Below the pieces are notes generated by a model. It was given only the letters and a program-made list of their open reading frames with translations. It did no database searches and was not told the origin of the DNA. A program made the position numbers and the translations under genes. DNA of 64,000 nucleotides from Octopus sinensis. Its lineage: Eukaryota. The number at the start of each line of letters is the position of its first letter. The first letter of the stretch is position 1. The stretch is from positions 49,228,001-49,292,000 of the forward strand of contig NC_043008.1 in NCBI RefSeq assembly GCF_006345805.1. Reading direction: 5' to 3'. Of the stretch, positions 38,031 to 52,025 are shown in pieces.

Positions 38031-39877
38031 TTCAAGAAGACACTGCAAAAGGTGCTCATTGATTCTATTTACAAAGCTATTCTTTTTTTTTTTCCGCCAA
38101 TAGTTGTTCAGTTGAATAGGCATCATTGATTGGTTGAAATTACCGAAATACGACAACTTTAACAAAAAGTAACTTCCAAGATACAGAATTTTCTCAACAA
38201 CGCCAAGAGCAAAATATGTTTTATGTGACACGTTCAACCAGTATACGAAGTTTGAAAGTATTTAATTACAAATTTTTTTTTAATCTATCGGTCAAAAGGT
38301 AAAGATCCGACGGACGAAATGCCGCTAAGCTCGTCACCCTTAATTGCTTTTATTTTTTACTGTGTCGTTCAGACCTTTACAACTCTGCCATCATTAAAAC
38401 TTAATTTTAGCAATTAACTTCACCAAATTATCAAACGCTCTCCAACACGAGATGATGAATGCATAACTTTATTTCCTTCAACCACCACAAGCATAAACCC
38501 AAGTCCATGAGCATAATCGACAATAAATATAATTAATTGGGGAAGAAAATTAAAATATTTGTCCTACATAAAGCTTGACGGATGATTTAATGTGTGTACA
38601 TCCTATGTGGAAAAGCTATTTTAATTAGGCGAGTGTCAAAAGAGCTAATAACACAAAATAGACTGTAACAGAGTTTAAGTATCGCACTAAGCATACAAGT
38701 TAATAATAGCGACTAAATATCTGCAATCTCCATTACATACGCAGAAAGTTAAAATCCAGACATCATTACACCGTATTTTAGTCTTTACTATTATGAAGCC
38801 ATGATCTTTCTATAAAGCAGGTAAACATATAAACTCGTCTGTTTATGACATGGATATATCAAGATGATTTCGTTCAAAGTTTCTTATGCAAACTTATAAA
38901 TGTACTTCATTTGTACAATTGCTCGCGAATCCATTGTTTTTATTGGCCAAAATTATGTCGTTTCTCGTATTTTTCTTAGTTGAATGGTGCTCTTCACGTA
39001 TCTGTTGTTGATCTTACTTCACGTGAAGGTTCCAAATAGAAATGATTGTACATTAGGGGAAAAAAAATCTATTTTAGTTATCAACAAGTATGGTAGATAA
39101 TGGAGAACTTAAAGAGATATACGTTTCATGTATGACGGCGGAAGTGACGTCAGATTATCTACAAAGTCGGTAGACCACGACTGATTTACAAACAATTCTT
39201 GAGGACCCTAGAGATGAAATTTGTAAAAACATTTCATGGAAGAATAGGATCTTTTCGGTTTGAACGGCAGTTTTTAACATAATTTTTAGGTAACTAAAAA
39301 ATTTTAAACTTCGTATACTGGTAGAATGTGTTTATAAAACATCATTTTCTCTTGGCTTTCTTGAGAAAATTATGTAGTTTGTAACATATTTCTTCTTCAA
39401 TATCTTGCATTTCGGCAATTTTAACCAATCAATGACCGTCTATTGAGGTGAAAGCATTCTGTGCCGTATGAATATGTCCCTCGTTTTAGAAACAGATTGG
39501 GTTTATTTACATTTGTGAAGAAAAAAAGATACCGTTCCCCCACCCCTAATCCTAAATCTAAAATAGATTGAAATGCAATAGATCGATACTAGGGTCGTGG
39601 ACTTCTAACTCAGCACAATGAACTAACGAAACAGTCATCAATTGCTCAGTGCTCCTACCGCTGAATCCGCTCAGTGGTACCTCTTTACATCTTGGGACAA
39701 TAACTGAACGCGATTCGTTGAACCCTAAATTTGTCATCCAATTGTTTTTGCCTTTTCCAACTGTCTAGAGAAGTGGGAACCGGAATTTCCATTGACTATC
39801 ACAATGTTGCTTAAACTTTCTAAAATATAAATAAAGCAAAAACGAAACATGATACATGATACTCCGCCATGATATAC

Positions 39878-40094
39878 TCTCTCTTTTACTTGTTTCAGTC
39901 ATTTGACTGCGGCCATGCTGGAGCACCGCCTTTAATCGAGCAACTCGACCCCGGGACTTATTCTTTTTGTAAGCCCAGTACTTATTCTATCGGTCGCTTT
40001 TGCCGAACCGCTAAGTAGCGGGGACATAAACACACCAGCATCGGTTGTCAAGCAATGCTATGGGGACAAACACAGACACACAAACATATACACG

Positions 40095-40126
<32 letters not shown>

Positions 40127-40287
40127 TACGACGGGCTTTTTTTTTTTAGTTTCCGTCTACCAAATCCACTCACAAGGCTTTGGTCGACCCGAGGCTATAG
40201 TAGAAGACACTTGCCCAAGGTGCCACGCAGTTGGACTGAACCCGGAACCATGTGGTTGGTAAACAAGCTACTTACCACACAGCCATT
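39878..40287 (-). mobile_element. Composite SINE family A, young
   Basis: CpG-intact copy homologous to 36188-36562. Confidence 0.85.
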
Positions 40288-41330
40288 CCTAATCACTTTT
40301 TGTTTAAAAGAAAGACATCTTGCTTTTGTAGAAGGCGTGGTGGATCTCTGTCGTTCGACAATGAGGATTCAGTTGTTCGAGCAACTGAATTACCTGCCCT
40401 TGAATTAACATGTTAGAGTAGCTGAGTATTCCTCAGACACATCTATCTTTAACATAATTCGGATCTTTTCGGTTTGAACGGCAGTTTTTTCTAGCGGTGT
40501 CATATGAAATTGTTACCCATAATTATGACACTAGTATCGATCTATAGCATTTCAATCTGTTTTAGGGTTAGGGTTGGGTGTGGGTGTGGGGTGGGGTAGG
40601 GGTAGGGGTATCTTTTTTCTTCACAAATGTAAATAAACCCAATCTGTTTCTTAAACGAGGGACATATTCATACGGCACAGAATGTTTTCACCTCAATAGA
40701 CGTCATTTGATTGGTTGAAACTGCAGAAATTGAAGAAAAAAACAACAACTATCTTACAAACTATAGAATTTTCTCAATAAAGCCAAGAGAAAAAGATGTT
40801 TTATAAAAGATCCCCAGGCTGTACCTTTTGAATTACCAGGACAATCCAATCGGCGGGCTTCTATTCTGTTTTTCTTTACACAGTTTCACCGACAAGGTAT
40901 ACTTCGAACTAAAGCTATAGTAAAAGATATATGAGCAAAATACCACGCAGTGGAATCGAAACTGAAACCTCGTAATTGTGAAGCGAAATTCTTAACTATC
41001 TGGCTAAATCATACCTATAGGAGACGTATAATAAATGAAGGAATAAACATAACTATAGTAGTAGTAGTAATAGTAGTGGTAGTAGCTTGGATGGTTTAAC
41101 GTCAATGTTGTTTGTCCGTCAACGCCATTTTGAATGAAATGTTTTAACACTGAAATTTCCGGCGAAAATAACGGAAGTAATAAAGAATTTAAGTGGTTCC
41201 CTTAGCGATACGAGCCGTTATTCTTCGTTCCAAGGCTGGAGTTGTTTAAAATCTGAAGAAAAATACGTTTCTGGTGGATGAAAAAATAAATGGGAGAATG
41301 AAAAAGTAAACCAAACGGAAATTAGACTCA

Positions 41331-41362
41331 GAACAACAACAACAACAACAACAGCTAACATC

Positions 41363-41394
<32 letters not shown>

Positions 41395-41463
41395 CAGCTA
41401 ACATCACCACCACCACCACCACCACCAACAACAACAACAGCTAACATCACCACCACCACCACC

Positions 41464-41494
<31 letters not shown>

Positions 41495-41589
41495 GCTAAC
41501 ATCACCACCACCACCACCACCAACAACAACAACAGCTAACATCACCACCACCACCACCACCACCAACAACAACAACAGCTAACATCACC

Positions 41590-41621
<32 letters not shown>

Positions 41622-41672
41622 CAGCTAACATCACCACCACCAACAACAACAACAACAGCTAACATCACCACC

Positions 41673-41704
<32 letters not shown>

Positions 41705-41715
41705 CAGCTAACATC

Positions 41716-41746
<31 letters not shown>

Positions 41747-41865
41747 GCTAACATCACCACCACCACCACCACCACCACCACCAACAACAACAACAGCTAA
41801 CATCACCACCACCACCACCAACAACAAAAACAACAGCTAACATCACCACAACCACCACCACCACC
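41331..41865. repeat. Compound minisatellite: 12 units of (AAC)n-AGCTAACAT-(CAC)m
   Basis: Twelve AGCTAACATC anchors counted by eye. Confidence 0.9.
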
Positions 41866-41879
41866 TCTATCATTAAAGA

Positions 41880-42110
41880 ACACGTTAGAGCTAAAAAGCA
41901 CTGAACAGACATAAGACAAATATTTAAATTCTGGGAAGTTGTTATTCTAAAGGAAGAATTCGGTTTTCTTAAGGTTTTCAATAAATTGGAACAAATCTTG
42001 TGAAGCCGTGAGGTAGGAACTGATAGTGTTGTTGGAGGGTGCGGCGAAAAAACTCCAGATTCACCATTCTTTATAAATGTTTCGACCGCAATTGCATAAT
42101 TATATACCAG
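41880..42110 (-). pseudogene. Tc1/mariner-superfamily transposase N-terminus (DUF4817-like HTH) fossil
   Basis: AIAVETFIKNGES...SVPTS...; cf. AFAVETFFKNGES..VPS. Confidence 0.55.
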
Positions 42111-43521
42111 TCTAAACCATAGTAGCAGCTGAGAAATCAAACGGTAAATCATTAGCTTTATGAAGACACTGTTACCTCCAACTTAACTTTATTAGCCTCA
42201 CGTCTATGGCCGTATAAAATGCGGGAGGTTTTTCTGCCGCATCCTCTATTGAATTCAAAGCCATGACGGTGTCCAGTTGCAACCATTGAATTTAAGAAAC
42301 GATCTAAACCAAATGTAAAGTAATCCAGAAAGCCATATATTTATTATTCATTGATTGTCGCAATGATTAAATTAACGTTATGAAAACTGAACTCTATTCA
42401 TACCCTACGGCAATTCTTTTTTTTTTACTTCTTTTTACCTTTTTAAGCTACGACTAACTACCAGATTTAAACACTGCTACAACAGCACAAACAAAACACG
42501 GTCAATCAAGCACAGCTGAAGTATAAATCAACTTGTTTATTCTGTACATGTTATCATGGGTCAAACGTTCACAAGTATCACAATGTCTTCGTAAATAGAA
42601 AGTTTATGCGTGTATGTATGTGTGTGAGACCGGTCTCTAGTAAGCACGAGTTTGGTCGGGAAAACTAGCATCTCTTGCTAGCGATGTCTCTTTTAGATGA
42701 TATCTCGACAGAAAAATGTGTTTTTTAGTTTATTTATTTATCTAACCTTTCAAGAAGTGACTGCAGTTACAGGAAATCACAGAGAAAATTAACGGAATTT
42801 ATTGCAAAGAATATAACTCTTATTTTGGCACTAGGTCAACAGTTTTGAGGGGAGGGGTCTTGTCGATTACATCGACTTCAGTGCTCAACTGGTACTTTGT
42901 TTTATCAATTCCCAAGAGAATAAAAGGTAAGGCCAACCTTGGCGGAATTTGAACCACCAAAATAAAAAGCCGAAAGAAATGCCGCTAAACATTTTATAGG
43001 ACGCGCTAACGATTCCGCTTGAGCGCCACTTTATAAAGAACATTAAACATGTAAATCCAAACACCCAGTCTACGGTTATGTGACAGTGTTAAATTAAAGC
43101 GGTTGTGGCAATAACCGTTTGAGAAAAGTTTTGATAAATTTCACAATTGTTGTTCTGGGTCATACATTTAGTTAATCTAAACAAGCGAGATTCGTGGATG
43201 GTTAAATCGAGATAAGAAAAGAAGACTACAAGTAACACGAGCAATGGTTTGTATTTCGTTATCTCTATTATGATATGGATAGGACTTTAACAGCAGTCAT
43301 TTACTTCATGATCACAAATTGTCTGTGCAAAATTATCGTAAGCAATCAGTGTTGATAAATAGATTAATGTAATCTTGAAAAACATTTTTCCCAGAATTAT
43401 AATCTCCGTATTTTTAAATGTGGAATTTCCATACAAAAATGTTAATATTCAATTTGGAGGTTAGAAAAAAAAATGAAAATCAATTCGCCGGAAGCGACAT
43501 CCCATAATTCCCTTAACTTAT

Positions 43522-43746
43522 ATATTTCTTTACTACCCACAAGGGGCTAAACATAGAGGGGACAAACAAGGACAGACAAACGGATTAAGTCGATTACATC
43601 GACTCCAGTGCGTAACTGGTACTTTATTTATCGACCCCGAAAGGATGAAAGGCAAAGTCCACCTCGGCGGAATTTGAACTCAGAACGTAACGACAGACGA
43701 AATACCGTATTTCGCCCGGCTAACGTTTCTGCCAGCTTGCCGCCTT
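43522..43746 (-). mobile_element. SINE family B
   Basis: Conserved core and head. Confidence 0.85.
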
Positions 43747-44759
43747 ATTACCTTTAACTTATAGGAGGATACTGGATACTCACCAAGAAGCTCAGGCAAT
43801 AATGTCGAACTAGTGGTGCATTTTTAACATCATGGCTTCATGTGCAGAGATATGCGGCGAAACAGATTTAGAGATTGTGAAGAACTTATTCGCGAATCTC
43901 ATTTCGTGCATCAATGACTGTTATATTTTTCATCTTATATAAAATATACGGTTTGCATGTTAACATATATGTACTTTTTATGCATTACTTTTGTACTTGT
44001 TTCATCTCGAGGGTTGTGGTGTGGTCATGCTGGTGCATCGCTTTGAGGAATTTTAGTCGAACGAATCGACACCAGTACTCATAATTCTTTTTTAACCTGG
44101 TGCTTATTCTATCAGTGTCCTTTACCGAACCGGTATGTTACTGGGACGTAACATCGGTTGTCAAGCAGTGGTGGGCGACAGTCACAATAACATACACATA
44201 TAACCCCCCCCCACCACCACCACCAGAAAAAGAAAAAGTTGAAAACAAAAATTTGGCTGGAAGTAAAATATAAAATTTGGAAAGCTGTTTTTTTTTCTTT
44301 TTCGTTTATTTTTGGCAAAATCATAATATATCAATCACGTATGAATCCGAAGGAATTTTTGACCCTACCCCACTCCAAAAAAGAGAGCGAGCTGACTTAT
44401 GACCCATTTGTCTGGATATTACTGAATAGTATTAATATTTTCAGTTTCAATTTGTGGTCATAAACCGAAAGAAACTGACGCAATTTCACCTTGCTCTTAG
44501 TTGATAGATATCATAAAGGTCTATCGATCGCAACAATAATGAATGCACTTTGTAACTAAAGAATAGTTCGTTAACTTGCAGCGCTTATTTTAGAGTCGTA
44601 CTTCATCTGAAGTAGGGCAACAAAATCACTGGAACTGACATTGCTAATCTTTAGGTTTATAAATGTCTTCGACTTTATAAGTGTCATAACTCGTAACGAA
44701 AAAAAGCTGTAAAATGTTGGTTATATTTGACGAAAAACGTTCGCATTTATCGAAAATGG

Positions 44760-45188
44760 GGCGATCTTTCGTCTCTAGTAGACCTTTCCGTAATTTCCGT
44801 AAAAAAATATTTTTTTTTTACATATGGGCTTGCGGGAACTTTTGAAGTAATATACATACATAAACACATACACCAAGTAAAAAATTTCAGTTATCTCTTT
44901 CTTTCACACATTACTCTGTCTCTTCACACACACTAACAGAAGCACTTCACTTACACAACATACTGTCTGTCTCACACACCCCATCAAACATACACACACA
45001 CACGCACACATGTACATCAATGCTTGCCATGCACGGTAACTTCAAAAGAACTTCCCTCGTCATAAAATCGCTTTCTCTTAGTCTCTTTCGCTCTCATTAC
45101 TTCAAAAGTTCCCGCAAGCCCATATGTAAAAATAAAAATTTTTTTTACGGAAATCGACGGAAAGGTCTACTAGAGACGAAAGATTGCC
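44760..45188. mobile_element. Merlin-like MITE (GGCRA termini, ~90-bp TIRs, 8-bp TSD gaaaatgg)
   Basis: TSD 44752-44759 and 45189-45196; TIRs ggcgatctttcgtctctagtagacc / ggtctactagagacgaaagattgcc. Confidence 0.9.
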
Positions 45189-45232
45189 GAAAATGGCTTC
45201 CTGTCAGTCTTTGAATAAGGAATTATATGACA

Positions 45233-45420
45233 TCCAGGTAAAAAAAGTTACAGGAAAAAAGTCACGGAAAAAAAGTCACAGGAAAAAATAGTCTCTAAAA
45301 TATTTTCTGTTTTATTACTTAAGATTTTTAAGGTACTTTAAAAATTGTGACTGACTTGAGTATTTTTGTTTGAATACCTGACTTTCTTTCCAAGCCAAAA
45401 TTGTGACTTTATTACTGGCC
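45233..45420. mobile_element. Small element with ggaaaaaagtcac subterminal repeats (MULE-like?)
   Basis: Repeated aaaagtcac on the left mirrored by gtgacttt on the right. Confidence 0.4.
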
Positions 45421-46392
45421 ACGAAGACATCTGGACAGGCTCGGTGCCAAAGTAGTGCCTGAGGTTATTACTTACAATGAATACCCTCTCAGTTATGATT
45501 GTCTACTGAATATAACCCGAGCAGTATCTTAATATATATATGGTACAATATTATATTATATATTACATAATATTATAATCAATAAATGGTGATAACTGAG
45601 TTTTTGTTTTTCTAAACCATTAAACAAACAGCTACAACAATTCTTTATTGATTGACAAATATGTAGGCAAGAGCTAACGTCAAAAAATATTTATTACATG
45701 TCTTTTCCTTTTACTGTCTTCCACTCCGATTTTCGCGCTCTAAACGATGGCCTTGCTTGCCTTAATACATAATGGCGGCCCTGTATCTGAACCTGGTGTA
45801 GCGTTTGTAACAAATTGGTCATGTATCCAGAATAAATTGCTACAAAGGAGCTCATCCCTTCCCCTAAAACTTTTCCCACTGAAGGAGTTTAACTTTGAAG
45901 TATAAGTTAAGAAAACACTACAGTGCTGTTGCTTATAGAAGAAAGTTGTTTTAACTTGCGGGACCTATTTTTTGAAAGGTTGACTGATCAATTTAAAAGT
46001 TGTATAAACTTTGTCAGAAGGGACATCAAATTACGTAAGGATAATCACTTTTGCTGATTGGCTGAAATCAGTGTCAGAGTCGTGTGACAGAAGTTTGTTG
46101 TAATAAGCCGGCTGATCGAAGAAGCCATGTCGCTACTTCTTCAATAACGACTTCATCCGGCGACAGAACGCTAATCTTTAACTTCTCTGATAGGCTGTCC
46201 GTAATGAAAACGGCATGGGCTGATAGGTTTCATAATAAATAAGCATATTAAAAAAAAATCGCTGATTGTGTTAAAAAGCAGTTTAAAATCTTGTATATAT
46301 AATAATAATAACAACAACAACAATAATAATAATATATATATATGCATATATACATGCGTATATGTACATACACCTATATCTATCTATCTATC

Positions 46393-46425
<33 letters not shown>

Positions 46426-46463
46426 TATATTATATATATATATATAATATATATATTATATAT

Positions 46464-46530
<67 letters not shown>

Positions 46531-46649
46531 TATATGCATATGTGGGCACAGGACGTCACGAAACGTGTACAACAAAAAAGTACGAAGCACGAGTACATGG
46601 AACATGAACTATTCTTTCGAACAACACAAATGGAAAACAAAACAAACAA

Positions 46650-47205
46650 TGAAGGAAAGAGGTACGCATAAGTGGTCTGGTTACACCCCTGGCATAGGCC
46701 ATGGGTTATGGTCTCACTTGGCTTGCTGGGTCTTCTCCAAAAGGCACGGTCACTAGTCATTGCTTCGGTGAGGCCTAATGTTCGAAGGTCGTGCTTCACC
46801 ACTTCATCCCAGGTCTTCCTGGGTCTACCTCTTCCACAGGTTCCCTCAACCACTAAGGTGTGGCATTTTTTCACTCAGCTCTCCTCATCTATACGCAACA
46901 GATGACCATACCAGCGCAGTCGTCTCTCTTGCACACCACATCTGATGCTTCTTAGGTCCAACTTTTCTCTCAAGGCACTTACACTCTATCAAGTATGCAC
47001 ACTGACATTACACATCCAGCGGAGCATACTGGCTTCATTCCTTGCGATCTTACGACTGTCCTCAGCAGTCACGGCCCATGTTTCACTGCCATGTAGCATG
47101 GCTGTTCGTACACATGCGTCATACAGTTTACTTTTTACTCTGAGCGAGAGGCCCTTTGTCACCAGCAGAGGCAAGAACTCTCTGAACTTTGTCCAGGCTA
47201 TTCGT
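46650..47205 (-). mobile_element. RTE-clade LINE 3' fragment, well preserved
   Basis: SLRVKSKLYDACVRTAMLHGSETW...ARNEASMLRWMCNVS...GTCGRGRPRKTWDEVVKHDLR. Confidence 0.92.
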
Positions 47206-47379
47206 ATTCTATATTTATATACACTTTGGCAATGTAGCTACACATTGGTGGTTTCTTTTCCTTCTTTGGACTTTCCAATGAAGAGTTATGCACGAAATGT
47301 CAAACTCTCTCTTTTCACCGAGCAACAAGTTTGTGCACGTCCTCGTTATCCGTTAATTTTATTTATTTATTTGAATTGA

Positions 47380-47420
<41 letters not shown>

Positions 47421-47469
47421 GACAGAGAGAGATAGAGATAGAGAATTATTTAAATTGGTGCTATTATGC

Positions 47470-47940
47470 AAATGTGTCGTAAGTCCAAACTTTGCTTTTT
47501 CAGAAAACGAAAAATTACTTCCACCATTACAAAGCAAAACCGTTTTACTACACTTTCACAGTTTTTGATATCTTGGCATCTGAAGCAGCTGGAGATACTA
47601 TAGTTTGACCAAAGAAAGAGGCTATTGCAAGTAAAAATAAATATTGAAGAAAACGCATTTGGCCAGATTTGGACATACGACAGTTTAACATAATAGCAAC
47701 GAAATAAAGAGGGTGGATAGATAGGAATCACTTTGATGAAGGAATCTCTGAGTTTTACCAATGTTTATTTGCTTCCATTACCGGTAGCAATTTTTTAATG
47801 AACTACATCTACCAACATTATGAAGTAACTCTGAGCCTCCAGAAACAGCTGTCGAACTTGTAACGCTTTCTCCCTTCTAATTCTTTGAGTCTGTGTAATT
47901 TGAATAAATTCGCTCTATAAAAAAATATATATATATGTAT
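47470..47940 (+). mobile_element. Penelope-like retroelement 3' fossil: GIY-YIG C-terminal remnant plus hammerhead motif with long stem II
   Basis: Frameshifted TTLSQF..WHLKQLEI.YSLT at ~47547-47610, cf. T.LSKYIW.LK in PLE GIY-YIG domains; TTGATGA (~47733)...GAAACAGCTGTC (47842-47853). Confidence 0.6.
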
Positions 47941-47996
47941 TTATACTTGATTGTAAATCATCTGAAATTTTTAAGTCTGCTTTCTCTTTTTAGCAG

Positions 47997-48071
<75 letters not shown>

Positions 48072-48932
48072 TTATTTATTTTGTACATTAAACCTCAAAG
48101 TTTTACCTGTTTATTTGAATCAGTTTCTCCATGGTCCTCAGTAAAGATATCGGAGTGTAAGTTTGAATTATTTGAGCGCTACTAAGTGTTTTCTATATTG
48201 GGGTTCTCGTGATCTCATCTGTCTGTCTGTCTCTCTCTCTTTATGTGTGTGTATGTATGCGTATACAGCATACTGTTCTGTGATGGTAAGATCAACAAAA
48301 AAATATACTCCATCTGGTGAGAGATGAATATTATTTAATAAACACAATATATGATTTTATCACATAAAAACATATTGTGCGGCATTATGTCATGCTTGAG
48401 AAGAAGACCCATCAAACCGAGCAAAATCTCAGTCGTGGCAGGTACAGGTGTCACACAAATTGGCACCTGTGTCGGTGACACATAAAAGAATCCCGGTGTC
48501 ATGCAAATGGCACCTGTATCAGTGGAACGTAAAAGCATCCATTACACTCTCGGAGTGGTTGGCATTAGGAAGGGCATCCAGCTGTAGAAAACCATGAAGT
48601 CTGGTGCAGCATCCCAGTGTGCCAGTCCAGTCAAACAGTCCAACCCATGCCAGCATGGACAATAGATGTTAAATGATGATGATGACGATGATGATGATGA
48701 TGATGATATATTAATATATATATAATCTTGTCTCGTCTTCTTCACCCACTTATTCCTGCAATGGTTGTTTGGGAAGAATCCTGAAGCATGCCTGCTGTCG
48801 AGTGTTTTCTCAGAAGCAACCGTCTCCAATCCAATTGATCCGGCCAGATCCCCAAGCGAGCCAAGCTCATGGATCTTATCTATCTTGTTTGTGGTCTACC
48901 CTTGAGTCTCCTGCCTACCTCTTGGTTTAACC

Positions 48933-50268
48933 CAGAGATGGGAAACCTGCGGCCTTCCAGGCCATCTGTGGCCATTGGTATATTTTCTTTCTTTTTTGAC
49001 ATTGAATATTTTTTGTCTAAAATCATAATACGTCCTAAACTTACAACACACACACACACGCACACACAGACATAGACAAAAGCAAAGTTAACTGTGTTTA
49101 GTGATGTCACTCTCAGAGATTGGAAGCATTTTTCTTTGAACCCAATGAATTTAAACTCAAAGCAACAAGTATATAAAGGTAATGTTTCCTTGTCGGACAC
49201 ATCAGCCAAGTGGGAGTCAGTGACTTCACGTATGATACACAAAGAGTTCCTGTCTTGTCCACCTTTTTGTTGTGATCTGTGCCACGTACTTTACTTAGTA
49301 ACTGCATAGTCATGGCCAACATCTTACTGACTTTTGTGAGACTGAGTTAGTTATAGCCTTATTCGAAACTGTAAATCCATTACTGCGTGCGTTAATTTTG
49401 CAGACTTGCTTTTTATCCTTGGGACTTGATAAGGGAGACAGTGATTATATTCATAGCTACTCTGTTAAGCTGGCTGCACACTGCTTGAGACAAAACGGTC
49501 TTAGACAAGACACTATCAATCAGTGACCGAACCCATGTTCTGGGAATCTTGGTCATAACTTCAACAATTGTCATTATTTTGTGAGATTGGAAACCGTTGA
49601 TATTTGACATTATTTCTGCAACAATTAGGGAATGATAAATAATAGTACTAATTACAGGAAAAAAATATAGCTAATCTAGATGTTGTTCAGTCTCGAATGG
49701 TAGGAACAATTGCTGAAGTCAAACCAAAAACATGGTTTTGGATGCAAGTTTATTGTGTCTTGTCTAAGACTGATTTATTTGGGTCAGTGTGCAGTTGGCT
49801 TTACTAATTCTTTATTAAACTTTCTTTTTTTAAATGGTTTTTCAGAATAAATACATTTCTTTTTAACCCATAATTATGTCAAAAAAATACAAAGAGCTTT
49901 GAAAGAAGAAAACAGTGAAGAATGGGAATTGCAACATGTTTTAGTAAATAGTGGACGCAAAATGTCTTGCTTGTTTTGTGAAACTGCAATTGTAATTGGT
50001 TAAGAAATTCAATGTATAAGTAACATCATGCTCTTCATAAAGACAATAAATATGACAAATAAGAGGGTGAGTCTTGAAAGATAGTATTGCAGAAATTGAG
50101 AGATGCAAAACAAAAGCAAAGACAATCTTTCCAATCTGTGTTGCACCAAGGGAATGCTACAACAGAAGCCAGCTATAAAGTTGAATATTTGCTTGGAAAA
50201 ACACGTAAGCCATTCAGTGATGCAGAACTCATAAAGGAATGCATTTTATAAGTGGTAGGATGTATAGG
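48933..50268 (+). mobile_element. hAT (Buster/Charlie, GTF2IRD2-like) transposon fossil, 5' part
   Basis: TIR-like cagagatgggaaacctgcggcc; degenerate EWELQH...CLFC...ATTEASYKVEYLLGKTRKPFSDAELIKECIL at 49900-50250. Confidence 0.8.
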
Positions 50269-50829
50269 TCCCGACACCAACATCGGTTGTCAAGCGATGG
50301 TGGGGAAAGGGCAAACACAGAGACACAAATACACACACACACACACAGACACAAATATATACAACAGGCTTCTTTCAGTTTCCATCAACCAAATCCACTA
50401 ACAAAGCTTTGGTCGGCCCGAGGCTATAGTAGAAGACACTTGCTCAAGGTGCTATGCAGTGGGACTGAACCCGGAACCATGTGGTTGGGAAGCAAGCTTC
50501 TTACCACGCAACCACTCTGAGTTCAAATTCCATCAAAGTCGGTCAGTTAAGTACTTACATTGATTATGTTATCAACTCTATTCCACGGCCATGTATTGAT
50601 CTGTATCAATCGAAAACATTCTGATCGTTTTTTAAGTTTTTTATTATTATTGTAATCACAGCACCTGGGGGAAGTCCCGGAAAATCGAGTCGGATATCCA
50701 CCTCGCTTATTTATTAAAATCAATTTCACTTCGTCTACGCTGTTTATATCACATTCTCCTACGTTGAGAAAAATACGTCAGTCTCGTGTCTATTTTAGAA
50801 ACCACCACCACCACCACCACCACCATCAC

Positions 50830-50873
<44 letters not shown>

Positions 50874-51672
50874 CCACCACCACCACCACCATCATCATCA
50901 CCACCACCACCACCGTACTTGTTGAAGGACTGTTTTGATTTTCCAGCCTTTCCCTCTGACTTTTATGTCACTCGTACAGATATTTTTATTTTTGCTTTTT
51001 GATAAAGCAGGAAGACGGGAAGAGGGAAGTGCTAGAAAGAGAAAGAGAGAGAGAGAGAGAGAGTATGTGTGTGTATGTGAGAGAGAGAGAGGGGGGAGTG
51101 AGACAAAGAAGCGATGGGTTACTAGGAACATATATACACACTCACCAGTCGCTCGTTCCCTCTAACCCTCTGCCCTCTATGTTTTCTGGTTGCTGGTCAC
51201 TACTAAATTCACACACAACAACCTCCTTAACTCGTCCCAACAATCACGACATCATTTTTCTTTTCCTAACTTTTTTTCTTTCTTTCTCTGGCCTTATCTT
51301 TCAACAGACAAACTTCAAGAATTTCTCTTCTCGTCCAACTACACATACATCCATACATACATATATATACACACACTTTTCCTTCTGTTTCGTTTTCTTT
51401 TTTCTTCTTCTTTTCATTCATCAGCGATCTGTTGTGACGATAACCATCTGTAATCTCTCTAAAGGGAACTATTTATTCTACAACAACGATCAATTTAAAA
51501 AAAAAACGAAACAAGAAACAATAAAAAAAAATCCCCCACGACATAATAGAAAAAAAATAAAGAAGTTAAATTAAGTGAGAGAAAAAAAAACAAAGAAAAG
51601 AGACGAACGGGAAAAAAAACGAAAGAAAAAGGAGAGAGAGAGAGAGAGTGTGTGTGTGTGTGTTAGTGTGGC

Positions 51673-51755
51673 ATGTTTAAGGAAATAAGTGCTCGAAAGA
51701 AGCAAATCCTTTTGGCAGGACAGACTGCCTCCCAGCCGCGGGATGTTTTAGACAG
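51673..51755 (+). CDS. Possible first coding exon of an unidentified gene (MFKEISARKKQILLAGQTASQPRDVLD)
   Basis: Open from ATG to donor acag|gtgcgt in unique CpG-containing sequence; no family recognised. Confidence 0.3.
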
Positions 51756-51821
51756 GTGCGTGTTGAGGAGAAGACGGGACAATTGGTTATATACCGAGTT
51801 AGGTTAGCGGTGGGGGCGGGG

Positions 51822-51859
<38 letters not shown>

Positions 51860-51969
51860 TCTACAAGCGCTGCTGCTGCTGCTGTTTATACTACCACTAC
51901 TACTACTACCACCACTACTACTACTACTACGACTAGACTACTACTACTACTACCACTACTACTACTACC

Positions 51970-52025
<56 letters not shown>

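Noticed and set aside
41331-41865. CRISPR-like array or mucin-type coding repeat
   Set aside because: Eukaryotic context, spacers are microsatellites, frame shifts each unit and hits TAA
45770-46230. YY1/CCAAT-like promoter words
   Set aside because: Short motifs only, with no linked exon
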